DNA of 39,462 nt from Candidatus Dojkabacteria bacterium (GCA_028704525.1 JAQWFF010000001.1:1-39462), one strand, 5' to 3'; counted from the stretch's first letter, positions 17,596-26,512 are shown. The notes: generated by a model from the letters alone, not told the origin. Numbers and translations: made by a program.

Positions 17596-19059
17596 TTAGG
17601 CTATAGCTTCAAACACATCCAACTTATTTGTATAAGTATCTGTTATATGTGCTGAATCAAGATCATCTGTTGTTGCATTAAATATTGCATCTGCATTTAC
17701 AACAATCTTTACTTCTCCTATCTTCATACCACCAGAAGGAGTTGCAGGACATACTGCTCCTGTACCACCAGCTGTTGCTGTACCTTTGAGAATCTTAATT
17801 GTGTTAGTTGCATCTAAATAGACATTATATATAGCTCCTGTACTTATTGCTAAGTCATCTGTTGTTGCTGTAAAGTCTGTTTCTGTACTTGCTATTAAAG
17901 ATATAACTCCATCTCTCATTACACTAAATGCACTATTCTTTACTTTCTTCTTACTTGAAGAACCTATTACTAATGTTGGATTACCAAGAATCTTGTCATT
18001 GTTTACTACATTCAAGTCCTCTTCTATATCATCCAATAATGCTTTGAAGTTGGCACTATACATATAATCTTCTTGACCAAAGCTGGAAAGTGAGAAATCT
18101 GCTGTTGCTACTAAATCTGTTTTATTAGTATAAGTATCAGTTACTGTTCCTGCATCTAACAATGTTGTAGATGCATCAAACAATGCACCAGAAGTTACAA
18201 TCTTTACTTCACCAAGTTTAAGCTTCCCTGCTGGAGTTGCTGGGCATACTGCACCAGTTCCACCAGTTGTTGCTGTACCCTTTGAAAGTTTTACTGTAGA
18301 GCCATCAAGATATACTAGGAATACTGCACCTTCACCATCTGTAATGTCATGAGTTGTTGCTGTAAATGCCACCTCTCCACCTGTTATTGTTGTATAAGCT
18401 CCATTTAAAACATATGTAAATGCATCATGCTTTATCTTTGCTTTACTTGAAGTACCAATTGCAAGATTAGGATTTGAAACAAGTCTTGGTACATCTTTGT
18501 TTGCCACTATCTCTATCATATCTGTAATAACACCTTGAAGATTATCATGATACAACCAGTTCTTGTCTGAGTAATCAGTTAAAGCTATAGGAACATCTGT
18601 CTTATTAGTGTAGGTATCTGTTACATGTGCTGCATCCAAGTCATCTGTCGTTGCATTAAATATTGCTCCTGTTACTGAAATTTTTACTTCACCAATTTTT
18701 AATCCACCACTAGGAGTATCTGGACATACTGCTTCATCTGCACTTGCATCATCACCCTTCAAGAGGGTAATTGCATTGCTTCCATTCAAATATACTAAGA
18801 AGATTGCTTCTTTTCCATCTGCAATATCATGTGTAGTTGCTGTAAATGCTGTTTCTGCACTATCAATTGTGGACACTACACCATCTCTAACAACAGTAAA
18901 AGCTCCATTTAAAATCTTAGCTTTAGAACTTGATCCTATTGCTAATGCTGGAGAACCCACTATTGCTATTCCACCATGATTATTCATTTGTGTAATAACA
19001 TCATTGATAACCTGTTTAAGATTAGCATTGTGCATTACATCTTTACTTGAGTAAGACAT
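17596..19059 (-). CDS. Triplicated-domain protein immediately after the major capsid gene (capsid decoration or surface protein candidate)
   Basis: 487 aa, made of three ~160-aa tandem units. Each unit contains ...AIGSSSKAKI.N.AF....DG......E.AFTATT.D...G....F.VYL.G......KG.A......CP.TP.G.LK.GEVKI......F.A.T..LD...VTDTYTNKTD. Confidence 0.5.
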   Translation of the reverse strand: MSYSSKDVMHNANLKQVINDVITQMNNHGGIAIVGSPALAIGSSSKAKILNGAFTVVRDGVVSTIDSAETAFTATTHDIADGKEAIFLVYLNGSNAITLLKGDDASADEAVCPDTPSGGLKIGEVKISVTGAIFNATTDDLDAAHVTDTYTNKTDVPIALTDYSDKNWLYHDNLQGVITDMIEIVANKDVPRLVSNPNLAIGTSSKAKIKHDAFTYVLNGAYTTITGGEVAFTATTHDITDGEGAVFLVYLDGSTVKLSKGTATTGGTGAVCPATPAGKLKLGEVKIVTSGALFDASTTLLDAGTVTDTYTNKTDLVATADFSLSSFGQEDYMYSANFKALLDDIEEDLNVVNNDKILGNPTLVIGSSSKKKVKNSAFSVMRDGVISLIASTETDFTATTDDLAISTGAIYNVYLDATNTIKILKGTATAGGTGAVCPATPSGGMKIGEVKIVVNADAIFNATTDDLDSAHITDTYTNKLDVFEAIA

Positions 19060-19187
19060 TTGATTAGTCTTTTAAATTTAGTTTTTGGGTATTATCATAC
19101 CATTGGTAAACCTATAACCCTAAAGGTACTGCTTGTTTTCTTTTAGAGGTACAAGCAGTAAAACCTATTAAACACTAGAACTTACAA

Positions 19188-20162
19188 TTAGACTATTGCA
19201 TGTTCAATTCTTATCATCCAAGATTGATTTAGAATCTTAGTGATATGATTTGCTTTCCATCCAATTGTTCCTCTTTGCTTTAGAGGGTCTGCACTACCAG
19301 ATGAACCAAGCTCTGTAATGTACATATTCATTGCATTACCAGAAATACTTGTTACACCATATGCATCCTTACCAAAGATTAGAGTATGATACACATCTAT
19401 AGTTCCGTTACCAGCATTTTCTTCTACATATGCTTGAGTTGATTCAACAAATCTTACTCTGTCATATTTACCAATCTCATTAGGCATAACATCACCCTTA
19501 TTAGCATATTGCTCTACAGGAACAAAACCTGTGATTGCTCTTAGATTTACTACTGTATTAGGATGTACTATACCAACAAAACATGGAGCTACTGGAGATG
19601 TTAAGTAACCAGCATCTGGAGAAACAAAGTTAGTTATATACTTAGCATTTGCACTTCTCAATGTTGAGATTGCAGTATCTAATATAACCTTCTCTAATAC
19701 ATCTGTTGCAGAAACATCAGATGTCTGAGCATTTGCTTTAGGAGATGTTGCATCTGCATAAAGTACATTTGTACCCTGCACAAGAACATTTCTTGCTAAA
19801 GTATCAATGGATAATCCCGCCTGTTCACCAAGTACCTCTGTTAATTCAGTTAATACTGGATCTGGGGATTCTATAGTTACTTTATCTGTATATGTGATGT
19901 AATCACCATACCATAAAGCTGTAGCAGTTATATCTGTTACACTTGGATTTGTTCCTGCTGGAGTTTCACCTTCAGTTAGAGCTGTTGTATTTGCTGTTAA
20001 AGCACCATACTTTCTAAACTTGATTGTGCCTGTTCCACCAACTGGAATGTTTCTTACCTGTCCAAAGTTAGGATGGACTAGATAAGGCTTCTCTCTTTCA
20101 AGTAACAATCTATCATAATAGTTGTTAATTGCATGAGGAATTGTTGTTACTGATGCACTCAT
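19188..20162 (-). CDS. Major capsid protein (HK97 fold, N4-gp56-like family)
   Basis: 324 aa. The N-terminal pattern YYDRLLLEREKPYLVH..FGQ...IP..GTGTIKFRKYGAL...TTALTEGETP matches what I recall of the N4-gp56 capsid family. The gene follows a scaffold-like gene and has a consensus promoter upstream. Confidence 0.8.
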   Translation of the reverse strand: MSASVTTIPHAINNYYDRLLLEREKPYLVHPNFGQVRNIPVGGTGTIKFRKYGALTANTTALTEGETPAGTNPSVTDITATALWYGDYITYTDKVTIESPDPVLTELTEVLGEQAGLSIDTLARNVLVQGTNVLYADATSPKANAQTSDVSATDVLEKVILDTAISTLRSANAKYITNFVSPDAGYLTSPVAPCFVGIVHPNTVVNLRAITGFVPVEQYANKGDVMPNEIGKYDRVRFVESTQAYVEENAGNGTIDVYHTLIFGKDAYGVTSISGNAMNMYITELGSSGSADPLKQRGTIGWKANHITKILNQSWMIRIEHAIV

Positions 20163-20195
20163 CTTATTAAAATATAAAAAAATTAAATAACTAAG

Positions 20196-20243
20196 AAAAC
20201 AAAAAACCTAGTTGGAAAATCACAATGACTTTCAAACTAGGTT
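20196..20243 (-). terminator. Intrinsic terminator or attenuator between the capsid promoter and the capsid start codon
   Basis: A perfect 9-bp stem AACCTAGTT...AACTAGGTT (20243-20235 and 20213-20205) with a 21-nt loop is followed by TTTTGTTTTC. Confidence 0.5.
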
Positions 20244-20270
20244 ATTCCTTTGCTTTTTCAGTTGTAATTA

Positions 20271-20299
20271 AATATAGAATATATCTGCTATATTGTCAA
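20271..20299 (-). promoter_or_regulatory. Near-consensus sigma70-type promoter upstream of the major capsid gene
   Basis: The minus strand reads TTGACA (20299-20294), then the 17-nt spacer ATATAGCAGATATATTC, then TATATT (20276-20271). It starts 3 nt after the scaffold stop codon. Confidence 0.55.
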
Positions 20300-20301
20300 G
20301 C

Positions 20302-20862
20302 CTATAAGTTCTTAACACTATTTACAAATCTCTCAAAGTCCTTTGTATCCATAGAAGTGAAGTCTGGAGCTGTACTTTCACCTCTTCCCATACTTGCACC
20401 ACCTACCTTACTTCTTAAAGCTACACCAGCATCTTCTATACCACTCTTTCTACCAATCTCTATCCATTCTTGAGGACTTCTGATATTCCTGATAGCAAAT
20501 TCTACTGGCTTTGCATGACCTCTTACAATTGCCTTTGCTGTTATCTCTGCTATCTCATCAGCATAATCAGCATACATTGGATTATCTCTTACCAACTTTG
20601 CTACTTCTCTTTGAGCTTCTATACTTGCTTTAACTTCCTTTAATTCATTGCTAGTTTCAGCTACTGCTGGATCTCTCTTAACTGGAGCTTCTTCCTCTTC
20701 TTCATCATCAGAACCCTTCTTAACTAGAGCTTCTTCTACATCTTCTTTAATATCTGCAAATGGATTGAAATAATCCTCTACATTCTCTTCAGCACTATTA
20801 TCTACAGGAGCATCTGCATTTACATCCTGAGTTGTAAGTTTTTCTTTTACTTCCTCTGCCAT
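20302..20862 (-). CDS. Scaffolding protein (putative)
   Basis: 186 aa, very acidic N-terminal half (DDEEEEEAP), located between the portal and capsid genes. Confidence 0.5.
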   Translation of the reverse strand: MAEEVKEKLTTQDVNADAPVDNSAEENVEDYFNPFADIKEDVEEALVKKGSDDEEEEEAPVKRDPAVAETSNELKEVKASIEAQREVAKLVRDNPMYADYADEIAEITAKAIVRGHAKPVEFAIRNIRSPQEWIEIGRKSGIEDAGVALRSKVGGASMGRGESTAPDFTSMDTKDFERFVNSVKNL

Positions 20863-20884
20863 TGTTAGGGCAATTAAAATTTAT

Positions 20885-21193
20885 TTAATACACTTCTGAT
20901 GGTATTTCTGTATCTTCTATCTCAGATAAATCCTTGATAAATGTTTCAGGCATACCCAGCATATCTTTAATATAATATAACCTTATCCTTATCTTTTGCA
21001 ACTCATCAAAACCCATCTCCTTGTTAATATCATCCATGTCTATCTGTAAAGCATCCTTCTCCTGATTCAAATACAAACAAAGCACCTTCCAACCCTTGCT
21101 GTTCATCAGCTCCTTCAAGTCATGTATAACTTCTTTTCTACCCTTCTCATTGAGAAGAGCTTGAGTATATTCCTCTAAAGTAATTTCTTTCAT
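20885..21193 (-). CDS. Hypothetical protein
   Basis: 102-aa ORF between the portal and scaffold genes. Confidence 0.3.
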   Translation of the reverse strand: MKEITLEEYTQALLNEKGRKEVIHDLKELMNSKGWKVLCLYLNQEKDALQIDMDDINKEMGFDELQKIRIRLYYIKDMLGMPETFIKDLSEIEDTEIPSEVY

Positions 21194-21215
21194 CCCCTTA
21201 TTATACTTAAATTAT

Positions 21216-23222
21216 TTACATACCAGTAGAAATAGGCATTGGAGTTCCACCACCTTGTGGAGCTGGAGCTACTTGCCCTTCATTCATACCAAGTTCATTC
21301 TGGTCTGGATTCAATGCTGGATTTGCTTGTTCCATCTTCAAAGCCTTCATATGTAAAGTCATATGTCTATCCTTCTTAGTAGAATCTCTTGCTTCTTTAT
21401 GTATTCTAATATGTACCTGATGATTATCATTAGGTAAGAAAGGTGGAGTTTCTTCTCTATCAAGCATATCATTCTGCTCTTTAGCTATCATCTCATCCCT
21501 TGTAGGTGGAAATACATTATCAATCTCTTCCTTATCCATACCAGCAAGATACATTCCATGCTTCATACCAGCTCTCTTATCTGCTTCTGGGTCTTGTAAT
21601 ACAACCTCAAGAAGTTTAATGTACTGAGCAAACCTTCTCATCTTACTTGCTTCTGATAGTGCCTTACTTGTAATCTTTACATCAGGATCTACCTTACACA
21701 AAATATCCTTTCTACTTATCTTTCTAAAGCTTCTTGTAGAACCTGCAACCCTTATTACTTTTTCACCAAGTCCATCATTAAAGAATACCTTGTATGATAA
21801 GTACCATAAATTCCAGAAGTCCTTATCTCCAGATGCAATTGTCTTTAAAGCAAGTGAATATCTTGTCTTACTACTTTCTGCTACCATCTGTAATTCTCCA
21901 AGTGTTCTTTGCTGTTCACTTAACACACCTTGCTGTAGAGATGGAGTTGCACTTGCTGTTTGTGCTGATACATCCAAGTAGTTAAGCATGTTATCTAAAA
22001 CATTGAGATTAGGACTATCCTTATATACTGGAGCAATAGCTTGTCTTGGATCTCCATCAACTGGAATCCACTTATCAAATCCCCATTTCAAATCGTTTAC
22101 ATTCTTAATCAAATTCTTATTAAATGCATGAGAACCATATACAGATATTCTTGTAAGGTTAAGTGCATCATTGATAAGAACTGCTTTCTTTCTCTGTTTA
22201 TCTTCAAGTATATCTGGAAGAGAAACACCCTTGAACTGATGTGGCTGAGGATTGATTCTCTTTGATGCTACCCACCATGAGAGAGAGTTACCCTTCTCAT
22301 CCAATGGAAGTATCTTACCACCAAGAATTGTCTGGCAATCTGGAGTAAGTAAAAGTATTACTTTCTTACCATCCCACCATGTTCTACATTGCAGTATCTG
22401 ATATACATTGTTATCACCCATTTCATTATTATCAAAGTGTACTATATCACCACCCAATGCTTCTATTCTCAATTGCCTTGCTTCCTTCTGCTTATCTGAT
22501 TCCTTACTTGTTTCTTTCTTCAACTTCTCTAATGCATCTGGAAACATGATAGGACTATTCTCAACTTCCCTTTCACTCATGTATAAATCCCAGAAAAGAA
22601 ATCTCATACCACCCTTATTAACACTATTACCATCTATTGAAGATGATAGAGTATCATACCTAAAAGAAGTAGGGTCAATGACAGATGGAGCTGGACACTT
22701 CTTATTTACATCAAACTCAATCATATCAACAAGACCATATGAAAAAAACAATGCATCCCAAAGTACATTCATATCAAGCTCATCTTTATTCATAAGCTCT
22801 GTATCATAGTCTGCTACATTGGAAAGATTCTCTGCTGATTCAATATCACCATCTTCTCTTGGAATCCATTGCTTATCAAGTTCATCATCATATAAAGAAG
22901 ATAGCCATGTATTCATATGGGTAAAGAGCAATGGCTCTCCAACCAATTCTTCATCCCTCTTCTGATTGTTGTACAATCTTAATCTCTTTAAGTTCTTATC
23001 AATCCATGAATCCAATCCCTTAGATGCAAACTCTTCCTCAGCTTGTACCTGTTTAAGTAGCTTTTTCTCATCTTCTGCTTCTAATTTAAGGTCTAACAAG
23101 CCCTTTACACTAATACCTTTCTTCTTAGAGCCTTTAGGAGCTTCATCTTTTGTTGATATATCAAGCTTTTCTTTATCTTCCAAGATTTCACTTACATTCC
23201 CTTTTTTCTTAGTAGTTGCCAT
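21216..23222 (-). CDS. Portal protein (putative)
   Basis: 668 aa. It lies downstream of the large terminase with one small ORF between them, and upstream of the scaffold and capsid genes. The size and the charged termini are typical of portals. Confidence 0.65.
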   Translation of the reverse strand: MATTKKKGNVSEILEDKEKLDISTKDEAPKGSKKKGISVKGLLDLKLEAEDEKKLLKQVQAEEEFASKGLDSWIDKNLKRLRLYNNQKRDEELVGEPLLFTHMNTWLSSLYDDELDKQWIPREDGDIESAENLSNVADYDTELMNKDELDMNVLWDALFFSYGLVDMIEFDVNKKCPAPSVIDPTSFRYDTLSSSIDGNSVNKGGMRFLFWDLYMSEREVENSPIMFPDALEKLKKETSKESDKQKEARQLRIEALGGDIVHFDNNEMGDNNVYQILQCRTWWDGKKVILLLTPDCQTILGGKILPLDEKGNSLSWWVASKRINPQPHQFKGVSLPDILEDKQRKKAVLINDALNLTRISVYGSHAFNKNLIKNVNDLKWGFDKWIPVDGDPRQAIAPVYKDSPNLNVLDNMLNYLDVSAQTASATPSLQQGVLSEQQRTLGELQMVAESSKTRYSLALKTIASGDKDFWNLWYLSYKVFFNDGLGEKVIRVAGSTRSFRKISRKDILCKVDPDVKITSKALSEASKMRRFAQYIKLLEVVLQDPEADKRAGMKHGMYLAGMDKEEIDNVFPPTRDEMIAKEQNDMLDREETPPFLPNDNHQVHIRIHKEARDSTKKDRHMTLHMKALKMEQANPALNPDQNELGMNEGQVAPAPQGGGTPMPISTGM

Positions 23223-23487
23223 CTTCTTCTAAAGATTTTAATTTAAATGCATCTGCTACATATGTAGCACCCTCTAAATCCAAACCATCCCTTGCTTGTA
23301 GAACAGTAGAACTATTTACTTCAGTAACTTCTACTCTTACTGGCTGTCCTTCTATCTTATGTATAACAACTGTAAATCTACCATAATCTAAATCTCTAAT
23401 CTTTTTTATCAATGCACCTTCCAACTTTGTGATTCTTACTTCCAACACTCTCTCTTTTAATCCAGAACTTATCTTTGAATCTTTCAT
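23209..23487 (-). CDS. Small protein between terminase and portal (YGRFTVVIH..G.PVRVE motif, DUF2292-like?)
   Basis: 92-aa ORF. DLDYGRFTVVIHKIEGQPVRVEVTE resembles small beta-hairpin proteins of unknown function. This is a weak recollection only. Confidence 0.3.
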   Translation of the reverse strand: MKDSKISSGLKERVLEVRITKLEGALIKKIRDLDYGRFTVVIHKIEGQPVRVEVTEVNSSTVLQARDGLDLEGATYVADAFKLKSLEEDGNY

Positions 23488-23499
23488 ACTTATACTATA

Positions 23500-25026
23500 C
23501 TAATATATATCATTAACTACAAGCTTACTAGAACCTGCTTCCATTCTAATCTCTGCTTCTTTTACTGGAAGATTATCTGCCATATACTCAAAACAACTCC
23601 TATGATGTGAATATATATCATGTATTGGAGCTTGTACTGGAGTTGTTGCCTGACTTGTTTCACTTCTTTCTGGATACCTACTCTGCATCATACTCTCAAT
23701 GAAGAACTCATTATTATCTTCATCAACCTCCAGCTTCTTCATAAACAACAATGCCTTCTGTCTTAAATCATAATGACTTCTACCAGCCCACTCCTTACAT
23801 TGAACATGAATACCATGTTGAGCTAATACACCCTTTGTACTTTCCTTGTCTAATAGACTTCTCTTCCTTACATCTGGATCTCCAAAATGAGTTGCTGATT
23901 GCCAATACCTATGCCTTGCTATCATCTCCAAGTCATTATCATCATACTCATATGCCCTATCAGAAAGTATTTGCCCTGTTACAAATGGAATATAGAACTT
24001 AATATCCTTATCAGTATTAAAGTATGAATCAATTAATCTCCACCTATCCATTGATACATCCCATTGATACCATTGCATTGCAACACCATCCAACCCAAAG
24101 TCCCATGATACATACAATGGCTGTAATGGATCATACTTACTCTTCCTTACTGGTACAAGCATAAACTCAGATGCATACACCTTGCCCTCAATACTTCCTG
24201 AATAAGAAATATTCCTTTCTCTTTCAAACTCCTCTGCACTTTGCTTTGCTCTCTGCTCCTGTTCCCATTTTTCATCTCTTCTTGGATCATCCTTATAGTG
24301 GAATGTAAATATCTTTACTCTACCAGATTGCCTTAACTTATAGAAGTAAGATGCTTTACCACTCTCAGGAGGAGTAGATATTGCAAGTCTTGTTGTTGCT
24401 GATGAACCACTTGATTCCCATGAACTCTTTGCATTAGCCCAGAATCCCATCTCATCAAAGAGTGCAAGATTATATCTTCCAGCTCTTCCAAAGTTAGGAT
24501 TGCTACTTTCACCAGTAATGACATTCTCATTATCAGGTCTGCTCAATCTCATATATGTCCTATGCCTATTCATATCAAACCCATCTGGCAACATCCATTC
24601 AGGAATCCTTTGCAAGTTGTAATCAAGCTTCCAAAATAAAGCATCAGGGTCATCACTCTTATCTACCTTGTTCTCTACTCTTGAACCTATCAATGCATTG
24701 AAGTCATGAAATAACCATTGGTACAAAACAACAGCTGTAAGAGTTGTATAGGAAACACCAACATCCCTACTCTTCTCTATAAGTCCATCCTCATGATTCT
24801 TTAACAACCTTTCAACCCATCTTACATACTGTATCTGTTTATCCCAAAGAATAAATGGGAGATTCCTATTCCCTTCTCTTGGATCAAATGTATATGCAAA
24901 GTTATTACACCAGAATACAGAATCTTCAGCACATTTAATAAGTACCTCTTTTCTATACTCAAGGTCTGATTCACACATCTTCTTTATCTCAAACCTTTCT
25001 TTAAGTTTCTCTTTGTAATTCATCAA
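23500..25026 (-). CDS. terL: Terminase large subunit
   Basis: 508 aa. It has an ATPase Walker-B-like LALFDEMGF and a C-terminal nuclease-like SWDFGLDGVAM. It is adjacent to a small DNA-binding subunit and near the portal gene. The track start is TTG, and an ATG follows one codon later (25023). Confidence 0.85.
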   Translation of the reverse strand: MMNYKEKLKERFEIKKMCESDLEYRKEVLIKCAEDSVFWCNNFAYTFDPREGNRNLPFILWDKQIQYVRWVERLLKNHEDGLIEKSRDVGVSYTTLTAVVLYQWLFHDFNALIGSRVENKVDKSDDPDALFWKLDYNLQRIPEWMLPDGFDMNRHRTYMRLSRPDNENVITGESSNPNFGRAGRYNLALFDEMGFWANAKSSWESSGSSATTRLAISTPPESGKASYFYKLRQSGRVKIFTFHYKDDPRRDEKWEQEQRAKQSAEEFERERNISYSGSIEGKVYASEFMLVPVRKSKYDPLQPLYVSWDFGLDGVAMQWYQWDVSMDRWRLIDSYFNTDKDIKFYIPFVTGQILSDRAYEYDDNDLEMIARHRYWQSATHFGDPDVRKRSLLDKESTKGVLAQHGIHVQCKEWAGRSHYDLRQKALLFMKKLEVDEDNNEFFIESMMQSRYPERSETSQATTPVQAPIHDIYSHHRSCFEYMADNLPVKEAEIRMEAGSSKLVVNDIY

Positions 25027-25555
25027 TGGACTTGTTCTTTAACTCAGCTAACACACTTGAAAGATTCACACTCTCCACTTTCTCTCCAGCAGATGTAATA
25101 TCAGTTTCAACTTTATCCTTCAAATCAGTAATATTCTTGGTAAGAAATACTGCATATGTAGGATTCAGATAGTTATTTACTGATAAATATACAAGCATTT
25201 CTTTCTGTAATCCTTTTGCTCTCTCATATGCTAGAAAAAAGTCATCATACTGAGTTATCCAATTAGTCAAAGTCCTCTGGGTAATTCCAATATCTCTACA
25301 GAAACCTTCAAACAAGGGGATTCTATTAGGTACTTCCTCTTCCCATTCAACAGGAATACCCTTAATAATTTTAACTACCTTCTTTTTAACAAAATATGGA
25401 ACATCAAAATATGCAACAATATCTTTACAATATTGCTTCTTATACTTTGTAGGTCTGCCAAACTTGTAATAAATAGGAAGTTTTTTCTTAGTTTTCTTCA
25501 CCTTTTTAGATGTTTTAGCCTGTTTTTCAGTTACTTTCATATATAATACTATCAC
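25001..25555 (-). CDS. terS: Terminase small subunit (putative)
   Basis: 184 aa. The GRPTKYKKQY motif and the HTH-like FCRDIGITQRTLTNWI are typical of small terminases. It overlaps terL by 26 nt. Confidence 0.6.
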   Translation of the reverse strand: MIVLYMKVTEKQAKTSKKVKKTKKKLPIYYKFGRPTKYKKQYCKDIVAYFDVPYFVKKKVVKIIKGIPVEWEEEVPNRIPLFEGFCRDIGITQRTLTNWITQYDDFFLAYERAKGLQKEMLVYLSVNNYLNPTYAVFLTKNITDLKDKVETDITSAGEKVESVNLSSVLAELKNKSIDELQRET

Positions 25556-25573
25556 AAATTAGTAATAGCTCTT

Positions 25574-25589
25574 ATATATTGTAGCACAA
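25574..25589 (-). promoter_or_regulatory. 16-nt element TTGTGCTACAATATAT (extended -10 type), copy 2, upstream of terS
   Basis: It is identical to 16867-16882 and lies 19-34 nt upstream of the candidate terS starts. Confidence 0.4.
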
Positions 25590-25709
25590 TTAGTAATTAA
25601 AAGAATACAGGTACTCCAGAAAGAGAATTAGCACATACACACAACCAATGCCAATTGCTATTGTAAGGCTTCCAAGTAACACTAATTCCATTTTTTCTTT
25701 CTTCTCCAT
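25590..25709 (-). CDS. 39-aa single-pass membrane micro-protein (MEKKEKMELVLLGSLTIAIGIGCVYVLILFLEYLYSFNY)
   Basis: Translated manually because it is below the track cutoff. Its ATG is coupled to the upstream stop as TAATATG, and it shares the junction repeat and the MEKK start with two neighbouring genes. Confidence 0.45.
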   Translation of the reverse strand: MEKKEKMELVLLGSLTIAIGIGCVYVLILFLEYLYSFNY

Positions 25710-25719
25710 ATTACTTATT
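25696..25719 (-). repeat. Gene-junction repeat, copy 1 (24 nt shared)
   Basis: The plus strand reads tctttcttctccatattacttatt. On the coding strand this is AATAAGTAATATGGAGAAGAAAGA, spanning a stop, one nt, and ATG-GAG-AAG-AAA. Confidence 0.8.
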
Positions 25720-25884
25720 ACTAAAACTTAATATAAATAAGACCACGATTACAATTAAACTAATAACTAATGAGAAGAGAATATCATTTCTAACCCTTTT
25801 CTCTCTCTGCAAACTTTTGTACAGCTCTTCTTCTAACATTTTATTTTTCTCTTTTAAGTGAGTAACTATCTCTTTCTTCTCCAT
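25711..25884 (-). CDS. 57-aa protein with coiled-coil N-terminus and C-terminal TM helix (MEKKEIVTHLKEKNKMLEEE...LFSLVISLIVIVVLFILSFSNK)
   Basis: Translated manually. It has a TAATATG junction at both ends and shares the junction repeat. Confidence 0.45.
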   Translation of the reverse strand: MEKKEIVTHLKEKNKMLEEELYKSLQREKRVRNDILFSLVISLIVIVVLFILSFSNK

Positions 25885-25899
25885 ATTACTTATTGTCTT
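25871..25899 (-). repeat. Gene-junction repeat, copy 2 (29 nt identical to copy 3)
   Basis: The plus strand reads tctttcttctccatattacttattgtctt. Confidence 0.8.
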
Positions 25900-26221
25900 T
25901 TAGTTTAGATTTATAATGCTTCATATTCTTTGGTAATAATTCCTCAACGGAACTACCACAACCTCTTAAAATATCTCCTACCCAGTACTTCTCTCCACGA
26001 TTTTCTAAAAGCAATTCGTCCAACCCTTTTTGTATGATATTTACAGTTTTCTCTACTCCGTTATCAAACCCCTCTTCCCTTGCTTTGGATAGTTCTTCCT
26101 CTATGATTATGTCAATTCTTGGTAACAAATCTTCTATTACATCAACTGCCCTTAGGCTTCTCCTACCCATTAACCATATAATTCTATCACTTAACTCTTT
26201 TTCCCAATCTTTCTTCTCCAT
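25886..26221 (-). CDS. Hypothetical protein (MEKKDWEKE...)
   Basis: 111-aa ORF flanked by two identical 29-bp junction repeats. It contains several CpG dinucleotides, which is unusual for this genome. Confidence 0.4.
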   Translation of the reverse strand: MEKKDWEKELSDRIIWLMGRRSLRAVDVIEDLLPRIDIIIEEELSKAREEGFDNGVEKTVNIIQKGLDELLLENRGEKYWVGDILRGCGSSVEELLPKNMKHYKSKLKDNK

Positions 26222-26236
26222 ATTACTTATTGTCTT
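26208..26236 (-). repeat. Gene-junction repeat, copy 3 (29 nt identical to copy 2)
   Basis: The plus strand reads tctttcttctccatattacttattgtctt. In this copy the AATAAGTAA part is non-coding, because the upstream ORF already ends at 26240. Confidence 0.8.
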
Positions 26237-26239
26237 AAT

Positions 26240-26512
26240 TTATTTATTCTTTCTATCTTCTGCTATCTTCCAGAAGAATAATCTCAATACACCACCTCTT
26301 ACATTAGGGTAATCACTCAACCATCCTTCTACATACCTAAGATAATCCATTTTATCCTGATGCTGTTTAGCTACACTCATGATCCTTGCATACTCTTTTC
26401 TAGGTATAGAATACTTCTTACAAAAATCCAAAGCCCATACTTGCCATTCTGGAAGGCTCTTTCCTTCACTCTTTACTTCATAGCCCTTTAATATGTCTTT
26501 AAGATTTTCCAT
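26240..26512 (-). CDS. Hypothetical protein
   Basis: 90-aa ORF that overlaps the upstream gene by 14 nt. Confidence 0.35.
   Translation of the reverse strand: MENLKDILKGYEVKSEGKSLPEWQVWALDFCKKYSIPRKEYARIMSVAKQHQDKMDYLRYVEGWLSDYPNVRGGVLRLFFWKIAEDRKNK

Noticed and set aside
25696-26236. CRISPR array formed by the three 24-29 bp direct repeats.
   Set aside because: There are only three copies, with unequal spacing (175 and 337 bp). The repeats span stop/start codons, and the 'spacers' are intact small genes. No cas genes are present.
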